A DNA stretch of 63,921 nt, filler included, from Octopus bimaculoides (taxonomy: Eukaryota): NCBI RefSeq assembly GCF_001194135.2. It is 6 parts of 4 records of this genome, joined end to end, with 100 filler letters (N's around TTAATTAATTAA, not from the genome) between each part and the next. Parts side by side here need not be neighbours in the genome. Positions count along the whole stretch, not along the records: positions 1 to 25,541 come from NC_068998.1; 5 more parts are not named here. One strand, written 5' to 3'. The notes under the pieces were generated by a model that saw only the letters and a program-made list of their open reading frames with translations, was not told where the DNA came from and did not search any database. Within the stretch, counting starts at the first letter, position 1, and each line of letters starts with the position of its first letter. Shown one piece after another: positions 1 to 12,653 of this stretch. The position numbers and the translations under genes were made by a program.

Positions 1-40
<40 letters not shown>

Positions 41-1023
41 GCATATATGTTTATGTGTGTATATAACAAACTGTTATTGATGAGGAGTTATTAATCAGGA
101 TTAGTTACTTTATTGGCTCTCTGATAACCGAAATGTACCAGGCAAGCAAAATTAGTTAGATACGTAAAGAACTTTGCACATTCCTGTGCCGATGTCTAGG
201 TTTAAGTTTCATACGCCTTCTTTTTTTTCTTTTATTTTTTGTAAATCCATGATTGTATTCCACATTGCACTACTTTTTTAAACAGAGTGATATACATGAC
301 AATGATGAAATAATGGTCAATTAATATTCTTTTATTGTAGGAAATTTCGCCATAATGACTTACGGTAACAGCTGTAAGTCGAATTTATAAAAGTAAATAA
401 ATATATAAAGGCCATTATTTACACCCTGTCATGTGTATATATATTGCATAAACATGAAAATAACAGTGATATCTTATTTTAACACATATATTTACAAAAA
501 ATTACCTGAACATATAATGAAATAATAAAGAGTAAATTATGGAGTGGCAGCACTAAGTAGGGATCAGTAAAATTGCAATGTTATTATGAGTGCAAATGTG
601 CTTGGTGCACATTCGAACTGGGGAAGAAGCTACTCGTTGTGTTTTCTCACGGAGAAAATATCTCTCTTGTCGACAAATGGCGTGCGTACACCTAGATCAG
701 TTCATAATGCCACATAACTAGACTGTGATGCGCTAGTATTTCGGAGTACTTTTCTCCTCATCAGGCACAGACACTATGCAGGCAATCTCATTGACGAGAC
801 AGACTCACATATACACACACATATGTACTCACAGCAACAAAAACATACTCTCACAAGAATGAAACTACACGTGTACAATTGTACACATATGCCCGTCAAG
901 ATTGTCAACTACATACACATATATGTATAAATTTGCGTGTATATGTTTAGATGTGACAGATACATGCATGTTAGTGCATAAACACACTCACGCACGCACA
1001 CTCACAAACTCACTCCCACATAT

Positions 1024-1056
<33 letters not shown>

Positions 1057-1057
1057 A

Positions 1058-1104
<47 letters not shown>

Positions 1105-1334
1105 TAGATAGGCAGGTAATCAGTAAGAAAATCAGTCAGACACCATGCTGCTAACAGCAGTCACACAAATACATACATATAAGAGGTGTGCATGTGTTCT
1201 TGTGTTCCTGCTGTGAGCAGCAATATATAAGAACTATTATGAGTGCAGAGACAAAGAACACGTGTACACATCGTATCTGTATGTGTTTTTGTGCCTACTG
1301 TTAGCAGCATGATGCCTGACTTTTTGTCTTACTG

Positions 1335-1366
<32 letters not shown>

Positions 1367-1539
1367 CGTGTGTGGGTGAGTTTATGTGGGTGTGCGTGCG
1401 TGCGTGCGTGTATGCACACGCATGTATCTGTACACATCTAAATATATACGCGCAGATTTATACTTATATGTGTGTGCATTTGACATGTGTGCTATTGTAC
1501 GCGTGGAGTAACTTGTGGGTAATCATTTCAGAATATCTA

Positions 1540-2215
1540 AACGCAAGGTAATAGATACAGAGACAGAGAAAAAAGGATGAACATGGAAGAATGAGAGAAA
1601 TATTTGATATGGATGTCTCTTGGAGAGGGGTTGTATGTATCAGTAGGTTTAAAATGATGAACCTGATGGTGCTGGTTGATGTTAGCAGAAATAACAGGAA
1701 ATTTAGATGCGTTGTCAAAATAGAAGACGGGGATCCTAAGAAGTATTAAAGAAGAATCCGAAACTACAGACATAGTATCCTGTGAATCAGTAGTCAATGT
1801 ACGGACCTCATATCTCAGGTATTCGGACAGAGAACTGCAAGAAAATTCTGACTCTCATCAAGGCTGAAGAATACTAGCGGGCCCTTTCTAGTGGTTGTAG
1901 ACTCTACAAATATACCGTAGAAAAGTCCCACTAATGGATGGAATGAAATGAGAGGAAAAGTAAGGTTAAACAGAGAAAAAGGGAGTTGATAGAATGGAGG
2001 GTATTCCGTTATGGGATAAAATATTAGGGAGCAAGGAACACAGTGGGGGGTATATAGGGACGTAATATACGTAGTAAGACCTCGAAACCGCTCGGGAGGG
2101 AAGGAAAGTTAATTGAGGACGCATAGATCGAGCCTAGTATCGGAGATGTGGAGGGCGGGGAAATAGGCGTAACTTTTAGACAATTAAAAAAATTTTGGAA
2201 TGGTTTCATTTAACA
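1540..2215 (-). mobile_element. Highly degenerate retroelement-like fragment (possibly Gypsy protease-RT linker)
   Basis: Interrupted frames with FPVISANINQHHQVHHFKPT and SPILG-like motifs reminiscent of Gypsy pol; weak. Confidence 0.3.
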
Positions 2216-2390
2216 ATTGAGAATCTGTATATATAATCTATGGTAGACAGATGGTAAACGCTATACATGTAATTAAAAACGTCAACCAAAACTCACGTAT
2301 AGAAAAATATGTATTCTTCAAGCAATTGTATATTATACGAATCGTTAAAAACGACAAGGAAATATTATTCTTTGTCAAATACATGAAATA

Positions 2391-2463
<73 letters not shown>

Positions 2464-2581
2464 CCTATCTCTCACATAAAAAATATATTCTTCAAGTAAT
2501 TGTGTATTATACGAATCATTAAAAACGACAAAATAGAATTATTGTTTGTCAAATATATGAAATAATCTATCTATCTATTAT

Positions 2582-2642
<61 letters not shown>

Positions 2643-2751
2643 CCTTTCATTCTCTTTTTCTCTGTCTCTGTCTCTGTCTGTATGTCTGTCCGTCTCTTTC
2701 TCTCTCTGTGTATATATATGATCTATTGAAAATTAAAAGCCTTTGTTGCAG

Positions 2752-2760
2752 CATATATAT
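2752..2760 (+). promoter_or_regulatory. Possible TATA-like element about 75 bp upstream of gene A ATG
   Basis: catatatat; gene B has a catatatc at about 21909-21916 (-), about 85-90 bp upstream of its ATG; position only, TA repeats are ubiquitous here. Confidence 0.2.
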
Positions 2761-2831
2761 CGTTGTATACAGCAAGGCCCACGTCGACTACCTCATATCA
2801 CCAGATAGTAATTTTAACAAGAATAGCAAAC

Positions 2832-2865
2832 ATGATATTTTTTGCACTTGTCTTTCTCGCTTGTG
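2832..2865 (+). CDS. Gene A exon 1: signal peptide MIFFALVFLAC (phase-1 donor)
   Basis: ATG at 2832, 11 hydrophobic codons +1 nt, consensus donor TGTG|GTAAGT; same junction (TGT G|gtaagtac) as gene B exon 1. Confidence 0.85.
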
Positions 2866-3434
2866 GTAAGTACTCATATTTAAGAAGCCGAAATTTTAAT
2901 GAATATTTCCAAATCATAATTTAATATGGACGCCGAACTTTGTTTCTCTATCCATCGACTGATGAAATAATAATAAAACTAAATATTGTCGAACTTAAAA
3001 GGAAGTTAGCGAGATTTTCTAATTTCCATGATATCGATATAATTCTTTACAAATGACGATAAATGCTAACTTATCGTCATTTGTAAAAGATTGTATCAAT
3101 ATCATGGAAATCAGAAAATCTTGCAGTTTAAGAGAAACTATCTGATTACCACCTATTATTCTGATCAGAATGAAATATTATAGATTATGATGTAAGTATA
3201 ACATATATTTAATTATCAATTAGTTATGGCACAATTGTATTTGCTGCCTTGTATGGTGTATGGTGAAATTATATTAATCACTTAATAAATAAATGGTGAA
3301 ATTATACTTCGCATACGTAGCCATGAATCACATATTATTCTGACTACAATAAAATATTACACTATATGTTTTGTTTATAACACCTATTCAATAATTAGAT
3401 TATTATTATTAAATATTGTATATTACAACAGCAG

Positions 3435-3525
3435 GTGTTGGTTTATCGAGTGAGTGCATTGCGATGGCAAGAGGACACTGTGCTGAAACCTATGGAGGAA
3501 CTTTCACAAAGGAAAACTTCTGCAA
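3435..3525 (+). CDS. Gene A exon 2: (G)VGLSSECIAMARGHCAETYGGTFTKENFC(K), phase 1->2
   Basis: Acceptor acaacagcag|, 91 nt open, donor AA|GTATAT (weak); same length and Cys positions as gene B exon 2. Confidence 0.85.
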
Positions 3526-4269
3526 GTATATATGATTCCATTGCTTGTTCTAATATTCTCCTTACAGTAATACACACACACACACACACACACTCACAAA
3601 CATACAAACACACACACTCAAACATACATACACAGACTCACAAACATACATACACACACTCACAAACATACATACATATAGATGAATGCATATATATGTG
3701 TGTGTATAGGTATATGTATATATGTATATATACATATATACGTGTTTGTATGTGCGCGCATGTGTGTGCCTGTGTGTATATATTTATTATCATTCTATGT
3801 ACTCCTAACACTAGGCTCAAAAAAGAAACCTTAGCTGCCACGATGGGTGGTCTTCTTTAAAAAAAAGTAAACGCTGTAAAAAAGTGAACCCATAACAAAG
3901 TCAACGAACGAAAAGAGAGAATGAACGGCGGAGAGACATGATCATAAATACTATGAAATAGTTGATCTATGATTTACACACACAACTATGCAAGATCCCC
4001 TCCATCAGAAAAGACAAAACCAAAAACAAAATACAAGAATAAAAGTATACAGGAAATAACCAACAACATGAGAAAAACCCACAACAGATGCTATAGAAGG
4101 CCGATATACCGACAGAAAAACACAACCTGCGCTAAACAAAACAACACACAATACAAAAACCAATACAACAAAAGACTCGGACCAAACGCATAACAACACA
4201 TACTGATACAATACAATATCCCCCAGAGAAAAAAAAAATGCAGGGTGACCCACCACCATCACAAATGTG

Positions 4270-5960
4270 GAACAAATGTTTTAACAGAAAGTTGCTTGAA
4301 ATTTTCAGATGTCGAAAACTAAGCAGATTTAATTCACTGGTACTGGCTAAAGAAATTCAGTAGCTTACATGGGAGTCTGAGAGACGAACTTCAAGATTGC
4401 ATTAATGGAGGAACAATGCCGGATTTTGTGACTAGTGGGAGGACAATACGCATTATGCAAGATAATAGCAAAGGTAATACAGTTAGAAAATATAGATCAA
4501 TCACTTGCTTACCATTAGTGCGGAAGCTGTTAACAGGAATGCTTTCGGAAAGCATTTACAAGCACCTTGACAGCAGTCGCAGGAAAAAGGCTACAGGAAC
4601 GCATAGACAAAGCAGTTCTGAACGATGTTATTTAGCAATAAATATTGATATATTGTACTAGAGTCTATGGTGTAAGTATATTTAGTATAGCAGACAACAT
4701 AAGACAAGTAATTCTCTGTAGCATGAAGGAATGGATAGTAGATTTCTACTCAAGTGACATTCTGTCTGGGTAAATTAATATCAAGTGAAAATTTTCCATG
4801 GTGAATGGTTGTCCCCTTAAATATGTGTCTTATGTTTGATCCCCCGCAGTTTAGTTTTAAGGAAGATAAAGGCAGGGTATCATTTCAGAAATAGTAAGGG
4901 AAAAATTAACCATTTGCTCTACGTAGAAGATCTGGAGAATTTTCGTACGAATGAAAACGAAATAGGTTCCTCAGTACAGACGTAAGAATCCTCAACACAG
5001 TTATAGGCATGGAATTTTGCATAGATAAGTGTGCAATATTAGTCATGAGAAGGTGATAGGAGGTTAGCAACGAAGGCATCTTAATTACGAGATATTCAGA
5101 CATTAAATCATTGAAAGGAATAGAGAGTTATAAGTATCTAGAAGTATTAAAATCTGACAGAGTACAAACTACAAAACGAAAACGAAAATTGAGAAGGAGT
5201 ACATCAGAGGGGTGAGGAAGCTAATTAAGTCAAGGCTAAATGGTTTGAATCTAGCGAAGGCTGTAAACACTTGGGCAGTATCATTACTTAGATATTAAGC
5301 AGGTTTTGTAGATTGGACCGACCTACAAAGGAGTGTGGAAGTGGATTAATATCAGTAGAAAAATGCGTGGTGTTAGCTAGAGTAGATATAGACTATTATG
5401 CAGGTAAGAATGAAGAAAGTTTATTAAAAGCTGCTAGAGTCACAGCAGAGAATACTAAAAATGAATCCGACCGCTCTCAAAAAATAAGTAAAAAAAAAAA
5501 AAAAACAACAGGAAAACTAATCCAGAATCCTTGTCCGATCCCAAAATCTAATCAATCCATGCCAGTTACAAGACCAAACGAGTCTAAAAGCTACATTCGA
5601 ATCCATCCAGTTCTTGAGATATCTTGTCCACGACAAACAAACAAACAAACACGACTGAAAACTATAATACTTATATACAAGGGAAGCTGAGCCAAAACTA
5701 TGAAATGAGAACAGAAAACAGATGGTATAGGTACACCCCAGAAAATGTCAAAGAAAAGGCGAAAGCAGACATACACTGGGATATACCAATACACACAGAT
5801 AGATAAATCTAGGTTAATAGACTCCGTATAGTTACCATAGGTAGCCAAGAAATAATATGCCTTCTAATCGATGTATGAATACCAACAGATGACAACTTTT
5901 AAAGTGGGAAGTACTGAAAATAAAGGTAACTCGAACCAAATGTGAAGCCTAAAAGCAGAA
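4270..5960 (+). mobile_element. Decayed R4/Dong-clade non-LTR retrotransposon (RT + RLE endonuclease remnants) in gene A intron 2
   Basis: ADLIHWYWLKKFSSLH, GRTIRIMQD..KG....YRSITCLPLVRKLLTG, GSGLISVEKCV, HWDIPIHTDR; many stops and frameshifts. Confidence 0.8.
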
Positions 5961-6576
5961 ATAATTTTTGTAATAGTAGGCATATTAGGTATAATAAAAA
6001 GTAAAAAAAAAATCAGTCAAATACATAACCAAAACAGCAGGATTTACAAGCGTATATAACATAGAAAATAGCACTACGATCCACCGCATATATCCTCCGT
6101 AAAACAATTTCAATGGAGTAAAAATATGAGCACCACAATAAAACACTGAAGACCTTATAAATACCCTACAATCTAGATGCATTGCAAAAGTCGACATTAC
6201 ATTGAACTGCACGCATATTGCGTAAAGTACTGTCTGTGTGAGGTCCTTGTTGGGACTTGACAAACAGTACAAACCCCCGGTAGACACAATATCCTACTTC
6301 AACAACCTTCGAATGTAGAGCCTAAAAACAAACAATTCCTATCATAGTAGCCTCATTAGGTATGATAATAAAAAAAAACATACAGAATATTACATAACAA
6401 AAACACCGGGACTTACAAGCTTATATAACATACAGAAAATAGCACCACTTCGCACAACATACCACTTTCAGTACAGTGAAAATAAGATCATCACAACAAA
6501 CCACAGTACATAACTAAGGCACACTGAGCTGCGCTGGGTAGTGCAGAGAAGTCACGTGATAAATATAAGACTATTA

Positions 6577-6607
<31 letters not shown>

Positions 6608-6649
6608 TTTTAAAAAAAGGATTGACGTAACTCTTCACGAAGGTAAATA

Positions 6650-6729
6650 GTCAAGACGAAGAGTGCGATTTTAGATGTTTTATTTTTTTAACAATATTTC
6701 GACAGAAATAATAATAATAATAATAATAA

Positions 6730-6774
<45 letters not shown>

Positions 6775-7524
6775 GTCAAGACGAAGAGTGCGATTTTAGG
6801 TGTTTTATTTTTTGAACAATATTTCGACAGAACGTCTGTCNNNNNNNNNNNNNNNNNNNNNNNNNNNNNNNNNNNNNNNNNNNNNNNNNNNNNNNNNNNN
6901 NNNNNNNNNNNNNNNNNNNNNNNNNNNNNNNNNNNNNNNNNNNNNNNNNNNNNNNNNNNNNNNNNNNNNNNNNNNNNNNNNNNNNNNNNNNNNNNNNNNN
7001 NNNNNNNNNNNNNNNNNNNNNNNNNNNNNNNNNNNNNNNNNNNNNNNNNNNNNNNNNNNNNNNNNNNNNNNNNNNNNNNNNNNNNNNNNNNNNNNNNNNN
7101 NNNNNNNNNNNNNNNNNNNNNNNNNNNNNNNNNNNNNNNNNNNNNNNNNNNNNNNNNNNNNNNNNNNNNNNNNNNNNNNNNNNNNNNNNAAATGTTCAGC
7201 AAGTTCTGTTGAACTACTGTTCTTGTGCCTGACGTCGAATCTGTGCCCATTAAACCTTTTGTTTAATTGTTCCGTTGTACAACCAACATAAATCAAGTTA
7301 TGTTTCGTGCATTCTTTCGTTCTGCTTATTAAAAAAACTGACAAAATCTGATGATGTCATTCTATCAACGTATGGACGCTGGTTACTCTCGTTCATAGTT
7401 TACGTTTGGTTTCTGAAATTTTGAATTTTCAATCACCTTTTGGTTTGAACTTGAGAAAGACAGACGTTCTGTCGAAATATTGTTCAAAAAATAAAACACC
7501 TAAAATCGCACTCTTCGTCTTGAC

Positions 7525-7530
<6 letters not shown>
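6650..7530 (-). mobile_element. Penelope-like element: GIY-YIG endonuclease fragment with inverted 3' end copy
   Basis: Minus 7189-7344 KECTKHNLIYVGCTTEQLNKRFNGHRFD..STELAEH; plus-strand SPFGLN C-terminal motif at about 7430-7450; terminal about 60-bp unit at 6650-6707 and 6775-6840 and inverted at 7460-7525, with (AAT)n tails. Confidence 0.8.
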
Positions 7531-7623
<93 letters not shown>

Positions 7624-7807
7624 TTCCGTGGACGTGGACAACCTATGCAGCTTCTCCGTCAAGGAAAATGCAACGTCACCTTATTTCTGCTGCGAATGCA
7701 GTATTTTCAAAGAGCGAAGTGGAAACAGAAGTGCTAGTGAAGAGATTAAATTTACTATATTAACATGTACCCTACGAATGACAACACATCTGCACAAGTA
7801 TATGCAT

Positions 7808-7914
<107 letters not shown>

Positions 7915-8022
7915 CACTTGAAAAATTGAAGTTGATTTCTTTATGTTCCGTAAATTACCAGATCGCGAACCGGTTGGTTGCTGATATACACCACACGTTT
8001 TCCAATTATCTTTGTCTTTCAG

Positions 8023-8110
8023 AAATCTCAAAGCATTCCATGCCTGTTTCGATGGAACAGATGAAAAATGTGATGCATACTTTAACGCTCTGGGTTCCAG
8101 TATATGCTCG
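8023..8110 (+). CDS. Gene A exon 3: (K)NLKAFHACFDGTDEKCDAYFNALGSSICS, phase 2->0
   Basis: Acceptor tttgtctttcag|, 88 nt, donor TCG|GTAATT; lies within ORF-track 8012..8266; matches gene B exon 3 length and Cys spacing. Confidence 0.87.
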
Positions 8111-8199
8111 GTAATTGTCATTTTCCTAATAAACGAAATATTTATTTCCAGAACGAATCAATCACAAAATGCTAAATCAAAACTGTTGAACTCTTTTAC

Positions 8200-9010
8200 T
8201 TGTTCCAGCTCGAGAGCCGTTGTCATGGTAGGGCGCCGCCAGGTGGTGTTGCTCCATTTTTATTAATGTTCCTTTTATAAGCAGTTTTTGTTGTATGCGG
8301 GTGTACGTCTTGCTGCTCCCGTTTGTATTTCCTAGTTTGAAGTTGGTTACTTCGGTACCCTTCCCAATAGGCGATGCAATTCGGTTTTGAAAACATCTCT
8401 GTCCACTCTATTTAGCTACGTTAAGTCTTTAGTGTAGCTATTAAAGAGCAAACTTTTGAATTCCATGTTATTGCAGGATCTTATCCTGTACTTTGATGGA
8501 AATTTGGGGATCATATTAACTTTTCGTGCCGACGTTTCTTTGCAGTCTTTCCAAGATCTTCCAGAACTATATTTCAGCATGTATATTCTGCCTTCATTCC
8601 TAAGACTAGACTCATAAATTTTAAGTTTATCCTGGTAGCTTGTCTGCTGTACTGATACGATAATCTTAGTGTAGGTTCGTTATACTGTTTCGCGTTCTGC
8701 TATTAATTTTACTTCATGTGCCAACCAAACTTGGGAGCAATAGTAAAATTAAAGCTTAGAGTAAATCTTGTCAAGTGAACCATCATGATTTTTTGCTCTT
8801 TAGTTACGAAAGATCTTAGTATCGATCCGGTCAGCCACCTGCATTTCATTGCTAAATTAGTAATAGACGGTAGGAAGGATGGATAATTACACATAGCAAT
8901 TCTTAGGTCATACATTTACAGTAATTCTAGGACTTCAGAATTGAGAACATATTCTTCTAAGTAAGGCAATTGGGCGTCTTCCTCTAGCATATTAGGAATC
9001 TAGCTTGGTG
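8200..9010 (-). mobile_element. Decayed CR1/L2-like LINE 3' fragment in gene A intron 3
   Basis: Minus frame DVFKTELHRLLGRVP and RT C-terminal-like IAPKFGWH; disrupted. Confidence 0.55.
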
Positions 9011-9093
9011 ACTATTCCTCTTAATTATATATGTAATATATTTCATAGTCCTCAGACAGCTTTTAATTCTGCTAGCTACTGATATAAATTACT

Positions 9094-9129
<36 letters not shown>

Positions 9130-9150
9130 CACACACACACACACACACAG

Positions 9151-9219
<69 letters not shown>

Positions 9220-9639
9220 AATAAAATATATCTTTCATTCTACTAAGGACACACTTTCACGATATTTTATGAAAATCTTTGTTTTAGCGTTTGGTGAAAA
9301 GACACACACCCAGACCCCCTCTCTTTGGCTCTTCTCCACACCCTAATGAGGTACGTATCTTTATCAACACAATACACTTCAAAGCGCATACAATTAGTGC
9401 AATATACGAAATATCATTTATATTTTACCGTAAATCAGCGGTAATACTAGCGTAATAGCGGTAGCCTTCAGTATTAAAATTTTGGGGAAATATAAGAGTA
9501 AAAAGGCTCACACCCAATTTTCAGATTGCGTATCACTGTAAGGTCTGCTCATTACTATCAACGCAATCCTGTAATATTATCGAATACTGCCTTGAACCGG
9601 CCCCTACATTTTCGGGTGCCTCAGCAAAAGAGTCTTTCG

Positions 9640-10060
9640 GAACAAGAGAAATAAGAGCGTCAAGGCTCTCTATATATCGATCTCTCTTCAATCACCTCCA
9701 ATACGGATCTGAACGCTGGACGCTTTATCAGCGTCAGATTAGTCAACCGGAAACGCTCCATATCAGATCGCTTCAAATTATCACGTAACAGGAGGAGGTG
9801 TCTCCTACTGAAATCCTTTTGAAAACTGGGATATTCAGTTGAAGCCTACAATATTCGCCATCTTCGTCATGCTCCTCGCTGGGTTGGCTCCCAAATCTGG
9901 TCCTCTTCAGACAGGCCGATAGAAGAGAATGGTAGATATATAGGCTGCTGGATATCCAGAAATATTTATACTTGATCGAAGGTCCTTATTTTCTTGTTTC
10001 GAAAGATTCTTTCACTGAGTCTCACAAAAGATTTAGCCGCCAAATTAAGCCGACGGAACA
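9640..10060 (+). mobile_element. Decayed RTE-clade LINE RT C-terminus in gene A intron 3
   Basis: RLSIYRSLFNHLQYGSERWTLYQRQISQPETLHIRSLQ resembles the RTE motif YRxxVLxxLLYGSETWT. Confidence 0.7.
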
Positions 10061-10411
10061 TTTGTACATATAATGCCTTCATTACCAGTGCATGAATCGA
10101 ACTGATCCAAATACTTTATACAAACATATCCTTCTACAATAAATTCATTATAACTCTAGAAATATTGATATAACAATGATAACATCTATGGAGCAATGGA
10201 AACATTAATGAAATAGGATGAAGTATGCTCACTACTACCAGAAAATGTGTTACTAAAATTGTTATGGTTATTGTTTCCATGCAATAATTTCACCGAGTTT
10301 AGGCTTCCGTTAAGGCATGCCGATATTCAATGCTAATATGCGTTGTTTTATTACCCTAAAACACCTTTTAGGATGTTTATATCAATTATTTAATATTGTT
10401 TTTTTTTACAG

Positions 10412-10471
10412 ATGAAGCTCAAAACGCTTTTGTATTTTGTAATTCTCGCTGTAGTAGCAACGTATATTTAA
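10412..10471 (+). CDS. Gene A exon 4 (terminal): MKLKTLLYFVILAVVATYI*, hydrophobic tail
   Basis: Acceptor tttttttttacag|, 19 codons + TAA, phase 0 consistent with exon 3; same 60-nt length as gene B exon 4. Confidence 0.82.
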   Translation: MKLKTLLYFVILAVVATYI

Positions 10472-10673
10472 CTAAATATTGTGTTGCTACGATTATTTGG
10501 AGTTAGCATTGTGAAATGACCACAGTTTTCCCGGTGTTCTATTTATGATAGTTGGTCCATTGCTGATGTCTGTTCAACTATCAACATTTTCTTTTCGAAA
10601 TTGAATTAAAATTTATTTACTTACTGATCTTCCCAATATGCTGTGTATTTTCATATTACATTGAAATTCAGTT

Positions 10674-10679
10674 AATAAA
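10674..10679 (+). terminator. Candidate polyadenylation signal AATAAA for gene A
   Basis: First AATAAA after the gene A stop (ATTAAA also at 10605-10610); AT-rich context makes chance occurrence likely. Confidence 0.3.
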
Positions 10680-12243
10680 TGTTATAAATGCCTACCGATG
10701 TCTTTGTCTTCGTATACGATTTCCCTAGTATTAAAAATTTGATATGCATTGTTACTGATAACTGATATTAAAATTATCATAGTTATAATACATAACAGTT
10801 TAAAGGAACTTCTAATAATTACTGACGCTCTTCTACGGCATCATATTTGAGATTTATATTTGGTACCACAAATAATTTCGAGGCAATAATATAAAATTGC
10901 TGGGTGAGATATAAATAACCCTGTACACCATCCATGTATATGCTTCTATGATGAAAGAAATTCATTTGATGTTATGTAACTGTAAGGCAGCTAGGTGACA
11001 GATTCGTTAGTAAACTGGACGAAATGCTGTTAAGCATTCACATTCTCCTGAAGTCAGTTTCGCCTTTTATTTTTTTGTGAACATTCAACGCTGAAAAGAA
11101 AATTCAAACAGCGTTTAAACTCTGTCTTAGTATATAAGTGTATGTGTGTACGTGTGCAAGGTAAGCATGTAAATGTCCGTATGTGTGAATCAGCGTTATT
11201 TCAGTAACAAACCATGATCGATGTCACATCTCAAAAGAAAACCACTAGATAATATTGACAAGTGTATTAAATTGAATTACCATCCATAGTTATGTGATGT
11301 GTTACAAATCATTATTACAATCACACGCATCTACACAAACATATACCTATACAGACTAATTAGAGAAAATGATTATTGCCTGAATGTATCTAGAATATAA
11401 AACGACTGCAGTTGAAAAGTATATTATAAAACAAAGCTAAGAGTCCGTACATATGCCTAATTTATTTATATTTAGAAATATATGCGATAAATTTTGAATA
11501 GGAAGTTTTTACAACATCAACTATGAGTCACGGACTGCTTTTTGTAGCTTTAAGTAGTAGGAATATAAGTTGGTTTCAGTAATGGGGAACGCAATTGAAA
11601 GGAAACTTCGCTTAGAAAAAGTCGTACAAGAAGGAAGAAAAACATAAAAATTCTTTTGAAGGAAACAAGCAGTCAAGGGAAGTTAGTTGCGAATACACTT
11701 TTCATTAAAAAATAGGTAATAAAAGAATTATAAAACTAAACAATTAGTCTTGTACATTATTTATATATAAAATACTAAAGTTAGCAGTCATTTTTGACGC
11801 ACAGTGCCACATAATTCTTTTACATTCTGTAAACTACCGATATATTCGACGCTTATTAATTTGCTTATAAAATGTCACCTATTCCATATATATATATATA
11901 TATATATATGTANNNNNNNNNNNNNNNNNNNNNNNNNNNNNNNNNNNNNNNNNNNNNNNNNNNNNNNNNNNNNNNNNNNNNNNNNNNNNNNNNNNNNNNN
12001 NNNNNNNNNNNNNNNNNNNNNNNNNNNNNNNNNNNNNNNNNNNNNNNNNNNNNNNNNNNNNNNNNNNNNNNNNNNNNNNNNNNNNNNNNNNNNNNNNNNN
12101 NNNNNNNNNNNNNNNNNNNNNNNNNNNNNNNNNNNNNNNNNNNNNNNNNNNNNNNNNNNNNNNNNNNNNNNNNNNNNNNNNNNNNNNNNNNNNNNNNNNN
12201 NNNNNNNNATATATATATATATATATATACATATATATATACT

Positions 12244-12580
12244 GAGACCCCATTCGGTCATGATTGACCATAGGGTTGTACCTAGAAAGTTACCCTTCCA
12301 GGCACAAGTCTGGACAAGATTGTTTATGGAAGACCAGCATTCACTCATGCATATCGGTCTCCCCTCACCATGCCACCGATGTCATCCAAGAGAAAGGCAA
12401 AGGCCGATACAGCTTAGCACATGTGACGTCGCAACTCATTTCTACAGCTCCAGTGAACTGGAGCAACATGAAATAAAGTGTCTTGCTCAAGAGCACAACC
12501 CGCAGCCCGGACCGGTATTCGAACCCACAACATCACGATCGTAAGCTCGACGCTCTAACCACTGAGCCATAGGCCTTCAC
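12244..12580 (-). mobile_element. tRNA-derived SINE (family C)
   Basis: Minus-strand head tggctcagtggttagagc (A box) ... gggttcgaatacc (B box); related copies at 33000-33335, 35500-35642. Confidence 0.75.
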
Positions 12581-12606
12581 TCACACACACACGCACACAA
12601 ATATAC

Positions 12607-12653
<47 letters not shown>

